Assembly: GCF_032062105.1 (NCBI RefSeq)
Contig: NW_026931035.1
Span: 310,001-374,000, forward strand
Source: Saccostrea cucullata
Lineage: Eukaryota
Length of the DNA: 64,000 nt
Reading direction: 5' to 3'
Below, piece by piece: positions 25,215 through 36,870 of the stretch (position 1 is the stretch's first letter; each line of letters opens with the position of its first letter). Under the pieces are notes generated by a model, which was given only the letters and a program-made list of their open reading frames with translations, was not told where the DNA came from and made no database searches. The position numbers and the translations under genes were made by a program.

Positions 25215-28200
25215 TATTACGTGTTCAGGTCAGGTATATCAATATAAAAAGAGGGAAATTAATTTTTTTTAAAAATCTCAATGATGCCACAAGTACATTA
25301 TTTTTATACATATTTTTTTCATATTTAATTTCTCTAGTCATGTTAATGATACATGTACAAAAAATTGCCTTTAACAAAGCAGTCTGTTTACAAGTAACCA
25401 CAGTTTAGGATGTATTTAACAGACAATCCCTCGAGTGCAACAAATCCTTTCATGAGAAAATAATATAAAACAGTAACAGTGTTTCTTTAATATAAGTAGG
25501 ATGTTCCTCTGAAGTGTTTTGGCTCTGGACAGGAAGGGGATGAATTTTTCCATGTCTCATCCTTATTTTATTATGTACCAATGAAAAAAAATTGAATATG
25601 CGACGAAGAGAAAAATAGTGTGTGTGTTAGTTATTGCTTTCCGGTGAAGGAACCCTGCAACGGAAATTTTTGGAGAATGAAAAACTCAGCCATGAGCTGT
25701 CCACTTATGTAAAATAATAAAGAGTAAATTTAGAGTGGTGTACCAGGGCTTGTGGTTTTTTCCAGCAAAGTTCAATTGTACTTTTTTCTTTCAAGATTTC
25801 ACTCAAAATTACTTCTAGCCATCAAATTAAGCATGGGGCTTTTGTATAGAAAACAACCAGGGTTGGTAGGGGGTTGAGGAATTTGGAGTTATCTCCCTCA
25901 TAGCATTTTTTTTGTTTATACCAAATTCAAAAGCTGGTGTTCATTTTAAATACTCTAAGTTTATATTGTCAGTCGTAAATCATATGGCCTTAAATCACTT
26001 AATCCATACATGTTGAGTGTGCTTGTATACTGTCTTTTTCATGCATTGTATCCAAAAGGTCAAAAGAAAAAAAAATTCTTTTGCTATGAGTTAATGGCAT
26101 ACATTGAAAGTATGGGCTTTCATTCAAATTCTGTTTAATATGAACATCAATGTAATTTATTTTAGATCTCAAATTCAATTATAAAAGAAATTGCCTGTTA
26201 GTTTACATTACATTTCAACTCTTGCAAAACCCTAAAAAGTAGCCAGTGACAAAAGACTTTATTCAATTTACAAAATCCAAATGTTTTTATAACAAAAGTG
26301 TGTTATATTGGATTTTTTGTGAAGTTGCTTTTCATTTGTTGTACATTGATTAAAAAACCTGATTGAATATAAATACATCATTAATTTTTGAATGTCCCTG
26401 CTGAAATCTTTTCCACAAATATTGAAAAAAAGATTTGTCAATTGAAAAAACAGTTTCAATAACATATTGACATGGAGAAAAATAGAAAGGGATTTTTTTT
26501 TATGAGGGGTTGGGTGAACTTAAATAAAATGTTTTGTAAGAGAGAGGTAAAGATGTCATAAAAAAAGGTGAGGCCGAATCGGAAGATAAGTTTCACGTTG
26601 TGACAAGCACTTTGGACACCTGACTTTTTGCTCTGACCTGTGCTACGAGGCTCTTTAAAACAATCCACCTGTGGTATACAATCGTAATGATAAAAATCGA
26701 GAGTGATGAAAAAAAAACCCTCACTTTTTTTTTTGTAAAACAATGTGACCTTCTTAAGGAGGTTTCTAGTGTGGGATTTGACGTACGCGTGCAACCTTTG
26801 AAATGAATTGTTTAATTCCTGTTTGGAAAGGCTTTAAAAAATAATACTTGTTGAAAAATTGCAAGTTGTAAACAGAAATAAGGTAAGCTAGGGAGGCTTT
26901 TTTTCCAACCTCCATTTTTGTTTTTGTAATGACATTTCAAAATTCTTCTTCCAACTTTTCTTTCTTCTTTTTGTAATCCTTATCGAAAGAGAAAATGACA
27001 GCTGATTAGCACTATAGGTGTTTTGATAGTGTTTTTATTTTTCTAGTTTCCTCTCCAGGAAAATATACTAACTTTATCTGAGATTATCACATTGGTGGAA
27101 AAATAATTAATACATTTCGCTAAATTCCCACCCCCACTCTCTGTTATTTGTCTGCATTCAAGATGTACCTAGACAAATAGAAAACTATCTAATTAGTAAT
27201 TTCCGGTCGACTTCTTATGAAGGATTCTGAATTTTAACTTGATCGATCATTACTACTGTTATTATTTTAGGGGTAACATTTACACTTGATTCAACATTTA
27301 CAATTATTGACAATTAATTTTATCAACTGCTCGCATAGGCAAAGGATAAATGGTAAAATTTCAGTCCACTTTTAAAAAAAAAAAAGTAAAGAAAGAGGTG
27401 ATGTAGAAAACTAGAACCTCAACACCTCAGTTACTTGTTAACCCACCTTTAAGAAGGTGATTTATTTTAAATGAAAACAAAATTTAAGAAATACCATTGT
27501 GCAACCAGGGTTGACCCTAATCACTATGGTACAACTGACTAGCATGGGTCCAATAAATTTCCATATAATACAAAATATCTTTTTTAACTTCTGTTCAATA
27601 GAAGAATCCTTTGGTAACCCACGCAAAAAATTCAGATAGCCTAGCATTCAATTCTTCTTCTGTATCCCCCCAATTACCTGGATCCACTCCCCTATTTATC
27701 CTTTTCTACGTGCATCAGCATACATGTTTTCCCCAGATTTGTTTAAAATTTGTCATCAAGGTGTTGTTGTTTTTTAACAAAGAAACCTGAATAATAAAAT
27801 GGCCTTCTGAATCTTCCAAACATCATTAGTAGAGAGGAAAATCATATTAGCAAATAGCATTTAAAATTATTTCTTATGCAAAATGTTTGTCTTTTAGGAT
27901 TACATCATGAATAGAAATTGAACAAACTTCTTTACAGTTTGGGTATAAAATATAAAATGAATAATTATAATTCTACTAATAGTAATGAAAAACAAGGGGA
28001 TACAAATTGATATATGAAAACTTCATTTTCAAATGAGTGGTTTACAAGAAACATCATAGACTGCTTTACTACAACAAATAAAATCAATAAATAAGGGTTC
28101 ATTTAAGTAATGTATCTCCGAATGGGAAGAGATATACCAGTGTTTTATATGACTGTTTGTCTGTGTGTCTGTCAGGTGTCACAGTATCCTGACCAGGTCA

Positions 28201-29678
28201 TAACTAATGGGTCACTGATTGGAAGAAATTCAAATTGCCCATGACCTCTTAGACTTAAGGTTATGTCTAAAAGGTCAAGGTCACTAGGCAATAAGATTAT
28301 GAAATGGTGCTAGGGTCATACAGATACGTTACAGGAATAGGGGAGGGAAATTTTTTAATATTTCTAGATATATACATTTACACGTAAATGTCAAGTTATT
28401 TAAATTCCAATGAAATATATATTAAAATTAGGAAGGAAAAATTGTTGATTTAGACTGGATCATTCCACCAACCCAGCAGTTACTCTGACTAGAGCTAAAG
28501 CCTGATGTTCCCTTTATAACCTCTCCCTCTCCACATTTTTAACAGTACATGTGTATGATTTTTTTCTCTCCAATTTAAAGATGAACTATAAGATATACTA
28601 TCACTGTGTATACAATGAATACTTGAAAGATAATAACACCTCGATAAAAACAATGGTGAAACTCCCGACCTCCTGTGAAAAACGCCATATTTTGATGAAG
28701 GAGTGTCCTTTCTGCACGAAAAAAACATGATAATGCCTGATAAAAATGGTCATAAGGGCAAAAATGCCCACCACAGGTTCAAAGTTAACAATATATGACA
28801 ATATTGGTGTATTATCTATATCTTTGTTTAGTGTGAGAGAGAGACAATGCAAGCTGTCTGCAAGATGAAGGGCTAAGTTAATGTAATTAATTAACTGATA
28901 ATCAATTATGGATGTGTTCAGGTAGGGGGCATAACTCTTCCTATGTTCTAATTTTCCAACTGATACATTTTTTAAAGTTACTTGAATTATGCATAGTATT
29001 TATAAACAGAACTTTTGAATAGTTTTAAAAATAATTGAGTTAATTAAAGATCTGAGATTAACCAGCAGCTTAAATGGTGCTATTTAAAATCAACTCTTTT
29101 TACATCTCTTTAAATTGTGTGTTCAGTTTCAAAAGTTGCAAGTACAGTAGAACACAGTTATAATGAACAAGCTTATACTGAATTCACACTTACAGTGAAA
29201 TGCTTTTCATTCGATGTAGGTTTTAAAAACTTGTCAGATATTTTAATTATACTTAAAAACAAATCTCTTAACTACTTAAATCATGTTTTTCTGAAATATA
29301 AACATAATGCGAGAGAAATTTCCCAATGTAGCTAATGCAGTTATTTTTTTAAGTAGCTGAACTACATTACCATACAACAAATATTAATTCAATATCAGCA
29401 AGATAAGTATATTTGATGTTATAATATTCTACAATAATTTTCACTTTAGAATTAAATGTCAAATCTTTTCAAACACATAAGGTTCATTCATAATTTTTAT
29501 ATATTACAACTTGTTTACACCTAATTTATTAGCACTAATAAAAATGCACAGACTCACTGAATGAAAAAATTATCCAATAGAAATTACGATGAACTCTTTA
29601 CAGAAAGGTTTGTGTAGGATGTTCTTAATTAATAGAGAAAAAGCAGATATAAAAAAGCCTTTCTTCATTTCCTTACAG

Positions 29679-30205
29679 GAAAGACATTGTGTCTCCACAG
29701 GCCGCGGATACTGGCGAAAAAATACCCAGTCCAGGCACCATCACCTCAGGCAATTTTCATCCTAAATCACATGACTCTCCCTTAAACTCGGAACCTCACA
29801 CGCCCGAAAAATCGGACAGATCCACGCCACCCCCAGGGCCGGAGAACCATCCCAACAGGAACCCCAGTCCCTCAGATCTCAAACAGCCATTTTATTCTGG
29901 CTACCACACTCCCAACCTTCAGGATTTTAAGTCGTCTTTCGGAGGGAGCTATCCAAGCCCTGGTGTGGGATTTCCCAAAACTCCGACGAGTCAGGACGGG
30001 GACACCCCCCGGGGTCATCTCTCCCTACAGAGGAGCTTCAGCCTATCCGACAGTTTCCATGACGATAACTCCAACTCCTCCGAGTCATCATTCCTAAATC
30101 CCAACACTGGTCAGCCTAATTACACCCGCGACCCCAACACTGGACAGATCACCTACCAGCCTAATAAGGAGGGAATCTTCTTCTGCCATCTCTGTAGCTT
30201 CTCTG
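29679..30205 (+). CDS. hb: hunchback coding exon 3 (Pro/Ser-rich region and first half of N-terminal finger 1, ...GIFFCHLCSFS)
   Basis: TTCTTCATTTCCTTACAG acceptor; corresponds to ORF 29689..30240; G|GTTGGT donor in phase 1. Confidence 0.9.
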
Positions 30206-32169
30206 GTTGGTATTTAATATTAATTGTCATATTACAATAATCCTATTCAATATTATGCAGACATAAATAATTAACAATACCCACACTTTTTTTTTATGCA
30301 ACATATGCAACATATAAAATGCTCTTACTGAAAACCAAATAAAGGATAAAAACTAAATAAAGGATAAATTGTTTAAATGCATCAGCACAATTTTAATTTG
30401 TGGTCTACCAGGTCCCATAAAATCTTTTATTTTAATTCATACTGGTCCTTTTTTTATGTTTGGGTATTTTTTTAAATACTTTAAAGAAAGTTTAAACCAA
30501 TTAGCAGCAGTTGGCTTTTAAATGTAAGCCGAAAAAAAAAGTGTTCTATGTAAAACAATTATCTATTACGTAATTTCTTTAACACGGTCGGATTATAACA
30601 TTTACTTAAAATAGCTTAATAGTGATATAAAGATTTTGCTTTTCTTTTTTTTTCCATAATGAGATTTTCAATTGGCTAAAAATCAAGCAATATTAATGAT
30701 TACAGCATGCTTGCTCTTTGTAAAGCTGAAATAAATAATTCCAAGGATCTATTTTCATCTTTTGTCCATCCACAAATATCAAAACATTCTAAAAGTCGTA
30801 AACAACTATCTGGAATCATGGAGGGAAAAAAAATCCATTAACAAAAAAATTTAAAGCCAAGTTTATAAAATAGTTTTTAAGAGTCCCTAGATAAAATAGA
30901 TTTTATTTTTATAGAGTTTAAACTTTTTCTAATGATGGCATGATTTACAGGTTTAGTGTTTGAGCTGGGTTAAAAATGGTTAACAAAGTGCCACATAACT
31001 GTGTTGACCCCATGTCTTTTGTTGACACAAAAAAGGGGTGTATATATGCTGAAGGAACCTTTTATGGCCCTGTTGTTTTGTGACCACGTCCATTATCAAG
31101 TGTTTTGTTACTGTAAAAACCTGCCTGTACAAAACTTCTCTCATGTTGACTTAAGACACAGTTTATCTAAAATCAAATATTTAAGATAAGTGGTGCCCTG
31201 AGAGCTGGCCGATATTTTATCAAATATGTAATTATAAATGATCCATTTTCTTGCCACAAACATGTGCATGTACTTCATGTACAAGATACTACATCAATTT
31301 AATTCTGAAGTGAAGCATTAATTAATTTTCTGTTATTGGTGTTCCTTAATAGTACAAGTCTAAATGTCAAAATTGAAAAAACAACATGAAAAATAAGCTC
31401 AATATATAATGTATATCGCTCAATATTTAATATATATATATCATGTACTATTTTTTTTATTTTATAATAATTTTCAAGCAATAATAAAAAAAATCTGACT
31501 ATCATATGGAAAAAAAAGTTTAAATGTCAGAATTCAGAGTTAATTTTCTAGGGCTTTTTGTTCTTGTTAAAGACACACACTTGTCTATATGTATTTATAG
31601 TCCAGCTGATAAAGAGAGATAAACTAAGATCAAAGGTACAATGTTAAGTTCTCAAAAAAAAGATTATACTATCAGCACATGGGGAAAATCACCATGTGTG
31701 GAGATGTTATAAAGGCCTGCTTAACAAATATCACTGAAATATGATCTGAAACAGTATAAAAATAGAAAAGGAAAGTTTGATACAAAAACTATTAAGTTTT
31801 AATAACGAGAGGCCTATAGGCCACAAAACTTACCTGGCTTAACTTTTCTTCATAACAAACAAATTATGAAATGGTCCTTTGTTACTGTTGATATTTCACC
31901 AAATTTATTGTTGCCTTGTATAAAATTTACATATTTATTGTGGTTCTAACTCTTGTCCACATAAATGTGATCTGAATAGATCTCTAATTTACTACCCCTG
32001 GAGATGTGTTAATACACATTAAATTGAATCTTGTCTTTTGGACTCTCTTACTTATCAAAATGCAGGCTAAAAAATTATTCCTTTATAATTTTAAGACAAA
32101 CTTTGATTTTTCAAAGTTGATAATTCACTCTAAGAGGCATTTATACAAATTTTATTTTCTAGAAGCTTT

Positions 32170-32700
32170 ACTCATTCTAAGTTTGAGTTACATATGAACT
32201 ACTTGTTCTGAGTTTGAGTTACATATGAACTACTTATTCTGAGTTTGAGTTACATATGTACTACTCATTTTGAGTTTGAGTTACATATAAACTACTTGTT
32301 CTGTCAGTTTGAGTAACATATGAACTACTTGTTCTGAGTTTGAGTTACATATGAACTACTTGTTCTGTCAGTTTGAGTAACATATGAAATACTTGTTCTG
32401 AGTTTGAGTTACATATGAACTACTTGTTCTGAGTTTGAACTACTACTTGTTCTGAGTTTGAGTAACATATGAACTACTTGCTCTGAGTTTGAGTTACATA
32501 TGAACTACTTGTTCTGTCAGTTTGAGTTACATATGAAATACTTGTTCTGAGTTTGAGTTACATATGAACTACTTATTCTGAGTTTGAGTTACATATGAAC
32601 TATTTGTTCTGAGTTTGAGTAACATATGAACTACTAGTTCTGAATTTTGAGATTGAGTAACATACAGGATCAAGTGGTTTTGAGTTTGAGTAACATATGA
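32170..32700. repeat. 31-bp minisatellite (GAACTACTTGTTCTGAGTTTGAGTTACATAT), ~16 copies
   Basis: Tandem units of 31 bp (some 33-bp variants) ending just before the acceptor of hb exon 4. Confidence 0.95.
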
Positions 32701-32714
32701 CATTTCTTTTATAG

Positions 32715-32929
32715 GAACTACTCGTTCTGACTTTGAGGATCATATGACATGCCACTTTGAGCACATCTGTCCACACTGTGATTACAAGTCTCGGACCGAG
32801 GGCCGACTAAAGCGACACATTAAAGATTTTCACACAGAGGAGTCACCGGACGGTTTTGGTTCCAAACGCAATATGGGAAGACCCAAAATTTTTCGCTGCA
32901 AGCAGTGCGATTTTGTTGCCACTGACAAG
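32715..32929 (+). CDS. hb: hunchback coding exon 4 (GTTRSDFEDHMTCHFEHICPHCDYKSRTEGRLKRHIKDFH...FRCKQCDFVATDK)
   Basis: TTTCTTTTATAG acceptor (phase 1). Completes finger 1, contains finger 2 and starts the first middle finger. AAG|GTAACT donor, phase 0. Confidence 0.95.
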
Positions 32930-33108
32930 GTAACTGAAAAGCATCCTATACTTTAAGTCTTCGTAAGATCTTGCAGAAAAAAGAGCAATTGAGATGTTAG
33001 AGGTTTATCATTAAAGGATAAAAAGAAAATTGTCAAAAATAATTCATAATTCTTAAGGGAAAAAAGTTAATAAAATTGTCTTCAATGATTTCATTTTCTC
33101 TTTTGTAG

Positions 33109-35232
33109 AATGACTTTTGGCAGCATGCTCGATCTCATATCAAGGAGGAGAAACTTCTGCAGTGTCCTCGCTGTGAGTTTGTCACTGAATACAAACATCA
33201 CCTTGAGTATCATCTCCGAAATCATTTTGGATCCAAACCATTCAAGTGCAACAAGTGCAATTACTCCTGTGTAAACAAATCCATGCTTAATTCCCACATG
33301 AAATCCCACACCAATGTGTACCAATATCGCTGTGCGGACTGCACTTACGCCACCAAGTACTGCCACAGTCTTAAGCTTCATCTGCGGAAATACAACCACA
33401 AGCCAGCCACAGTCCTGAATACAGATGGTAGCCTCCCACAGGGGATAGATGCAGAGTCCTCAGGATTGTCTCTGTTACAGAAGAGGGGGCCACCACGGGG
33501 GCCAAGGGGTCCAAGAAAGGATAAGTTTGACCCATTTGTTGGACAGTTTATGATGCCTCACTCACTACCGGGCATGGCTCCAACACTGAGTCCTGGGATG
33601 ATGTCTCCATTTTGGCCTCTGCTCAATCAAGTACCAAACGGACTGCCTCCACCCCATCACCCAATGATACCAACACCACTCAGTGCTAAGCTGCCTTCAC
33701 ATCTTGGGCAAAATAAAATGATGCCATCCTCACCATTTGGTTTCAGGCCCCTCATGCCAGGGAACATGGGTGCACCTTTTAAATGCAATCTCTGCTCATT
33801 TGCCACAGATATTCAGCAGGACCTGCTTCGTCATGTTATGAAAGTACATGCATCAGAAAACTCAGACTTATTTTCCATTTTTGGTATTTCATCAGAAGCT
33901 TTGCTTGAGGAACAAAATAGGAAGATGAATTTCCTTTCACAGCAGCAGGTAACTCCACTTAGAGAATTAACTACACCTGAGAAATCCATTCCCACCTCTG
34001 CAGCTCTTCATATCAAAACAGAACAACCTACTCTAGAAAGTTCCAAAACAAGTCCCCATTCATGGCCTCATCACTCACCACCAAACAGTAAGCCTAACCC
34101 AGAAAGCAGACCAACTAGTCACTACAGCATGCCAGAAATGAACTACAGTTCCTACCTTAATGGCAAAGCTAGTCCCAAAGAAGCAGATGCTCCAGAGGGT
34201 GAAGACATCATCAAACAAATGATGAACAAGTTTGGTTCAGGGGTTCCTATTGAAAAGTCCCAAATTGCTCCAACACTGCAGCTAGAAAGACCATTCCGAG
34301 AAAGTCCACTTGACCTCACAAAATCCTCTAGGTCACCTTCTGATGACATGGATGACCCAGCCAATGATGGGGGAAACCTGTCCAGTGGTGAAAACTCAAA
34401 CACTGCTGAGAATGTGGTGAACAGAAAAAGATCTCGCAAAGGAAAAGCTTTCAAACTGGACACACTCTGTCTGAAACTGCAGGAGAAACAGGCGGACAAC
34501 CCAGAGGAGGAAGAGGAAAGTAACTCAGGGATGGAAGACATGGAAGATGAGCTGCAGATTGATGAAATGAATGAGTACGACAACATGGAAACCAATGAAG
34601 AGGGAGACGATGAAGAACCAAAGAGCAAAGAGCCGAGACTGGGAGAGATGGAGTCAATGACAGACCTTCAGAGGTTTGAACAGATGAGGAAACTTGCAGC
34701 TGCTGCCGATGCAAGTCCAACAGACCAGTTTGAGAGAAGTCCTTCTGCACCAATCAATGAACCAGCTTTTCCCAATGAGTCCAAGGATAAAGTGGATGCA
34801 AGTGAAGAACAAATTGATCCCAAAGAGTTCATTGAGGAGATGAGTAATTTGTCTGAGAACGTTCCTCAGGCTGTCAGAAGAGGGACGGAGCTGGCCTGGA
34901 AGATCATCCAGGACACCACAGGGGCACCTGTCCCCCCACCCGTTACCACGGCAACCTCCAACGGCCACTACAGGAGTGAAGATAATAAACAATTCCCTGT
35001 CTCACAAGACATGCATCTCTTCACAACTAGTACACCAAGGGACAAAAATGGACACAAAAGTGCCAAGTATGAATGCCCTTACTGTGAGATCGCATTTAGA
35101 GATTGTGTCATGTACACAATGCACATGGGTTACCATGGTTACAAGAATCCATTCAAATGTAACATGTGTGGTTACCATGGGCACGATAAGGTGGAATTTT
35201 TTCTCCACATCGCCAGGGAAGCCCACAACTAA
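33109..35232 (+). CDS. hb: hunchback terminal coding exon (middle DNA-binding fingers, extra finger, basic box, C-terminal finger pair)
   Basis: Diagnostic Hb sequences [80 protein letters not shown], and [19 protein letters not shown]...PFKCNMCG...[18 protein letters not shown] acceptor; TAA stop. Confidence 0.98.
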   Translation, partial: NDFWQHARSHIKEEKLLQCPRCEFVTEYKHHLEYHLRNHFGSKPFKCNKCNYSCVNKSMLNSHMKSHTNVYQYRCADCTYATKYCHSLKLHLRKYNHKPATVLNTDGSLPQGIDAESSGLSLLQKRGPPRGPRGPRKDKFDPFVGQFMMPHSLPGMAPTLSPGMMSPFWPLLNQVPNGLPPPHHPMIPTPLSAKLPSHLGQNKMMPSSPFGFRPLMPGNMGAPFKCNLCSFATDIQQDLLRHVMKVHASENSDLFSIFGISSEALLEEQNRKMNFLSQQQVTPLRELTTPEKSIPTSAALHIKTEQPTLESSKTSPHSWPHHSPPNSKPNPESRPTSHYSMPEMNYSSYLNGKASPKEADAPEGEDIIKQMMNKFGSGVPIEKSQIAPTLQLERPFRESPLDLTKSSRSPSDDMDDPANDGGNLSSGENSNTAENVVNRKRSRKGKAFKLDTLCLKLQEKQADNPEEEEESNSGMEDMEDELQIDEMNEYDNMETNEEGDDEEPKSKEPRLGEMESMTDLQRFEQMRKLAAAADASPTDQFERSPSAPINEPAFPNESKDKVDASEEQIDPKEFIEEMSNLSENVPQAVRRGTELAWKIIQDTTGAPVPPPVTTATSNGHYRSEDNKQFPVSQDMHLFTTSTPRDKNGHKSAKYECPYCEIAFRDCVMYTMHMGYHGYKNPFKCNMCGYHGHDKVEFFLHIAREAHN

Positions 35233-36099
35233 ACAATTCTCCACATTCAAAGCAATAAATTATAAGATTTATAACTCAAGGATGAGTTGAGTAGAAACAG
35301 CATATGGACTATAATCATTAGTGCTATTTCTGCTAAGTATTTTTTTCACTTTCTTGATTTTAATGATTTGTTAATGATGCTTTTTTTTAACCGTTATTTG
35401 ACTTTGGTTTTGGGACCAGATGCACCTTGTGGTAGTATTTTGTTGGCAGGTGCTGGCTTTTAGTGCTTTGCTTGAGGTTTTTTTGTCCAAACATGCTAAT
35501 TTTTAAATACAGAAATTAATCCCGGTTTTTCATGGAAAAAAAACTAGTCATTTTATTAAATATTATTTAAAGGGAGAACCATTAGTCCTAAAAAAGTAAG
35601 CTTCATACACTAATTAGTTACAAAAGTAAGCTACATACACTAATTAGTTACAAATTTATACTTAACATATTTAGAAAATGCATGGGTCAAATTTTGTTTT
35701 AAGTCAGTATTTAAATTTTTTTTTCATATTATAACTTTTTATTAAAATACATTCCTTCTCAAGATTAACCCCCAGTAACTTGGCTGGTTGATAGCTTTAC
35801 ATCACCATTATTTATAAAAGTTTACAGGCCTGTTGAAAAAAAATTGTTTGCAAGTTTTATCTGTTTATATTTTTCAGTCAGAAAGGTGCTCAATTTAAAA
35901 ATGTGCTTAATTTAAATCTGCACAAATTGTGCTCTTTCTTGTTTATTGTTATATGTTTTTAGTATATACTGGTAACATTGGTCTTATTGAATTTTTAACT
36001 TATACGTTGTCTGTTGAAATCTTTGATATTTCCACATGGTTCCGACTGTTTTTTTTTTTTTTTTTTTTTTACAACATCACCATAACTAGAATCACCACT

Positions 36100-36870
36100 T
36101 CACTGTGCAATAAGGATCATGTAATCTTTTGTAATTTAAGTTTCATAAAAGTATAACTCAGGGATAAATATTGTGTGCTTTGATTTTATGATGCTCTTGC
36201 CACGAGGACTCCTCTACAACCCCCCATCCCCACCCCTTTTTGTCCACTAGGTTTCCTTAACACACCCCACCCCCCTTTTATCCACTAGGTATCCTTAACA
36301 CACCCCTATCCCACCCCACCCACCCTCTATTAACTAGATATAGAGTACTGTATCTATAATTACGTGAATTTTCACTGTTTGCAATTGTACTAATTTTTTT
36401 ACTGTAATTAAATGTTTAAATCAGTGTAGTTTTGATGTCAGTTCAGATATATATGTTTATTTATAAAATGTCGACCATTTCTGTCATTTTTATTGTACAT
36501 ACAATTTTTCTATATAATCCAGCAATACTAGTAGTAATACAGTGTGTATAGTATTTTTTTTAAATCCAGCTGTGTGTTATTTATAGTTCTATAGTGTATG
36601 TGTATTTTATCATTTACCCTCAGTGGAGGATTTTTTGTGTAATTCAGCAATAACTTGTACATACATATAAGTAACACTTTACGTGGGCATTGACATTTAT
36701 AGTCACATTTTTTTTTTACTATATTAGCCAGCGTCTACCTCAGTAGCTGATTATCGTTAGCGTTTTCAATCACTCGCCTTGATTTCATGTACAGCAAAGC
36801 CTAAGAAATATATGAGAGCAGATAGAGTTATCTCCCTTAAGATGGTCACTCTTCACAATGGCTACCTCTA
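36100..36870 (+). promoter_or_regulatory. hb 3' UTR regulatory cluster: miR-92, miR-125/lin-4, miR-31 and let-7 (x2) seed sites plus Pumilio/NRE-type elements
   Basis: GTGCAATA 36105; CTCAGGGA 36157; TCTTGCCA 36195; ATTGTACATA 36492; TGTACATA 36656; CTACCTCA 36735; CTACCTC 36862. Confidence 0.7.

Noticed and set aside
28150-28330. AGGTCA direct repeat and TGACCAGGTCA as hb nuclear-receptor elements
   Set aside because: The context (CTGT/GTCT microsatellite, AAGGTCAAGGTCA) resembles an eroded HINE-type repeat, so it was not counted as evidence.
29689-30240. Stand-alone 183-aa ORF with GTG start
   Set aside because: It is an internal hb exon bounded by an acceptor at 29678 and a donor at 30206.
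32170-32700. CRISPR-like array of ~31-bp repeats (also the 28- and 33-bp arrays)
   Set aside because: Units are head-to-tail with no unique spacers, there are no cas genes, and the context is eukaryotic.
33091-35290. Antisense and alternate-frame ORFs over hb exon 5 (e.g. 34152..34628 -)
   Set aside because: Shadow ORFs of a GC-richer coding exon.
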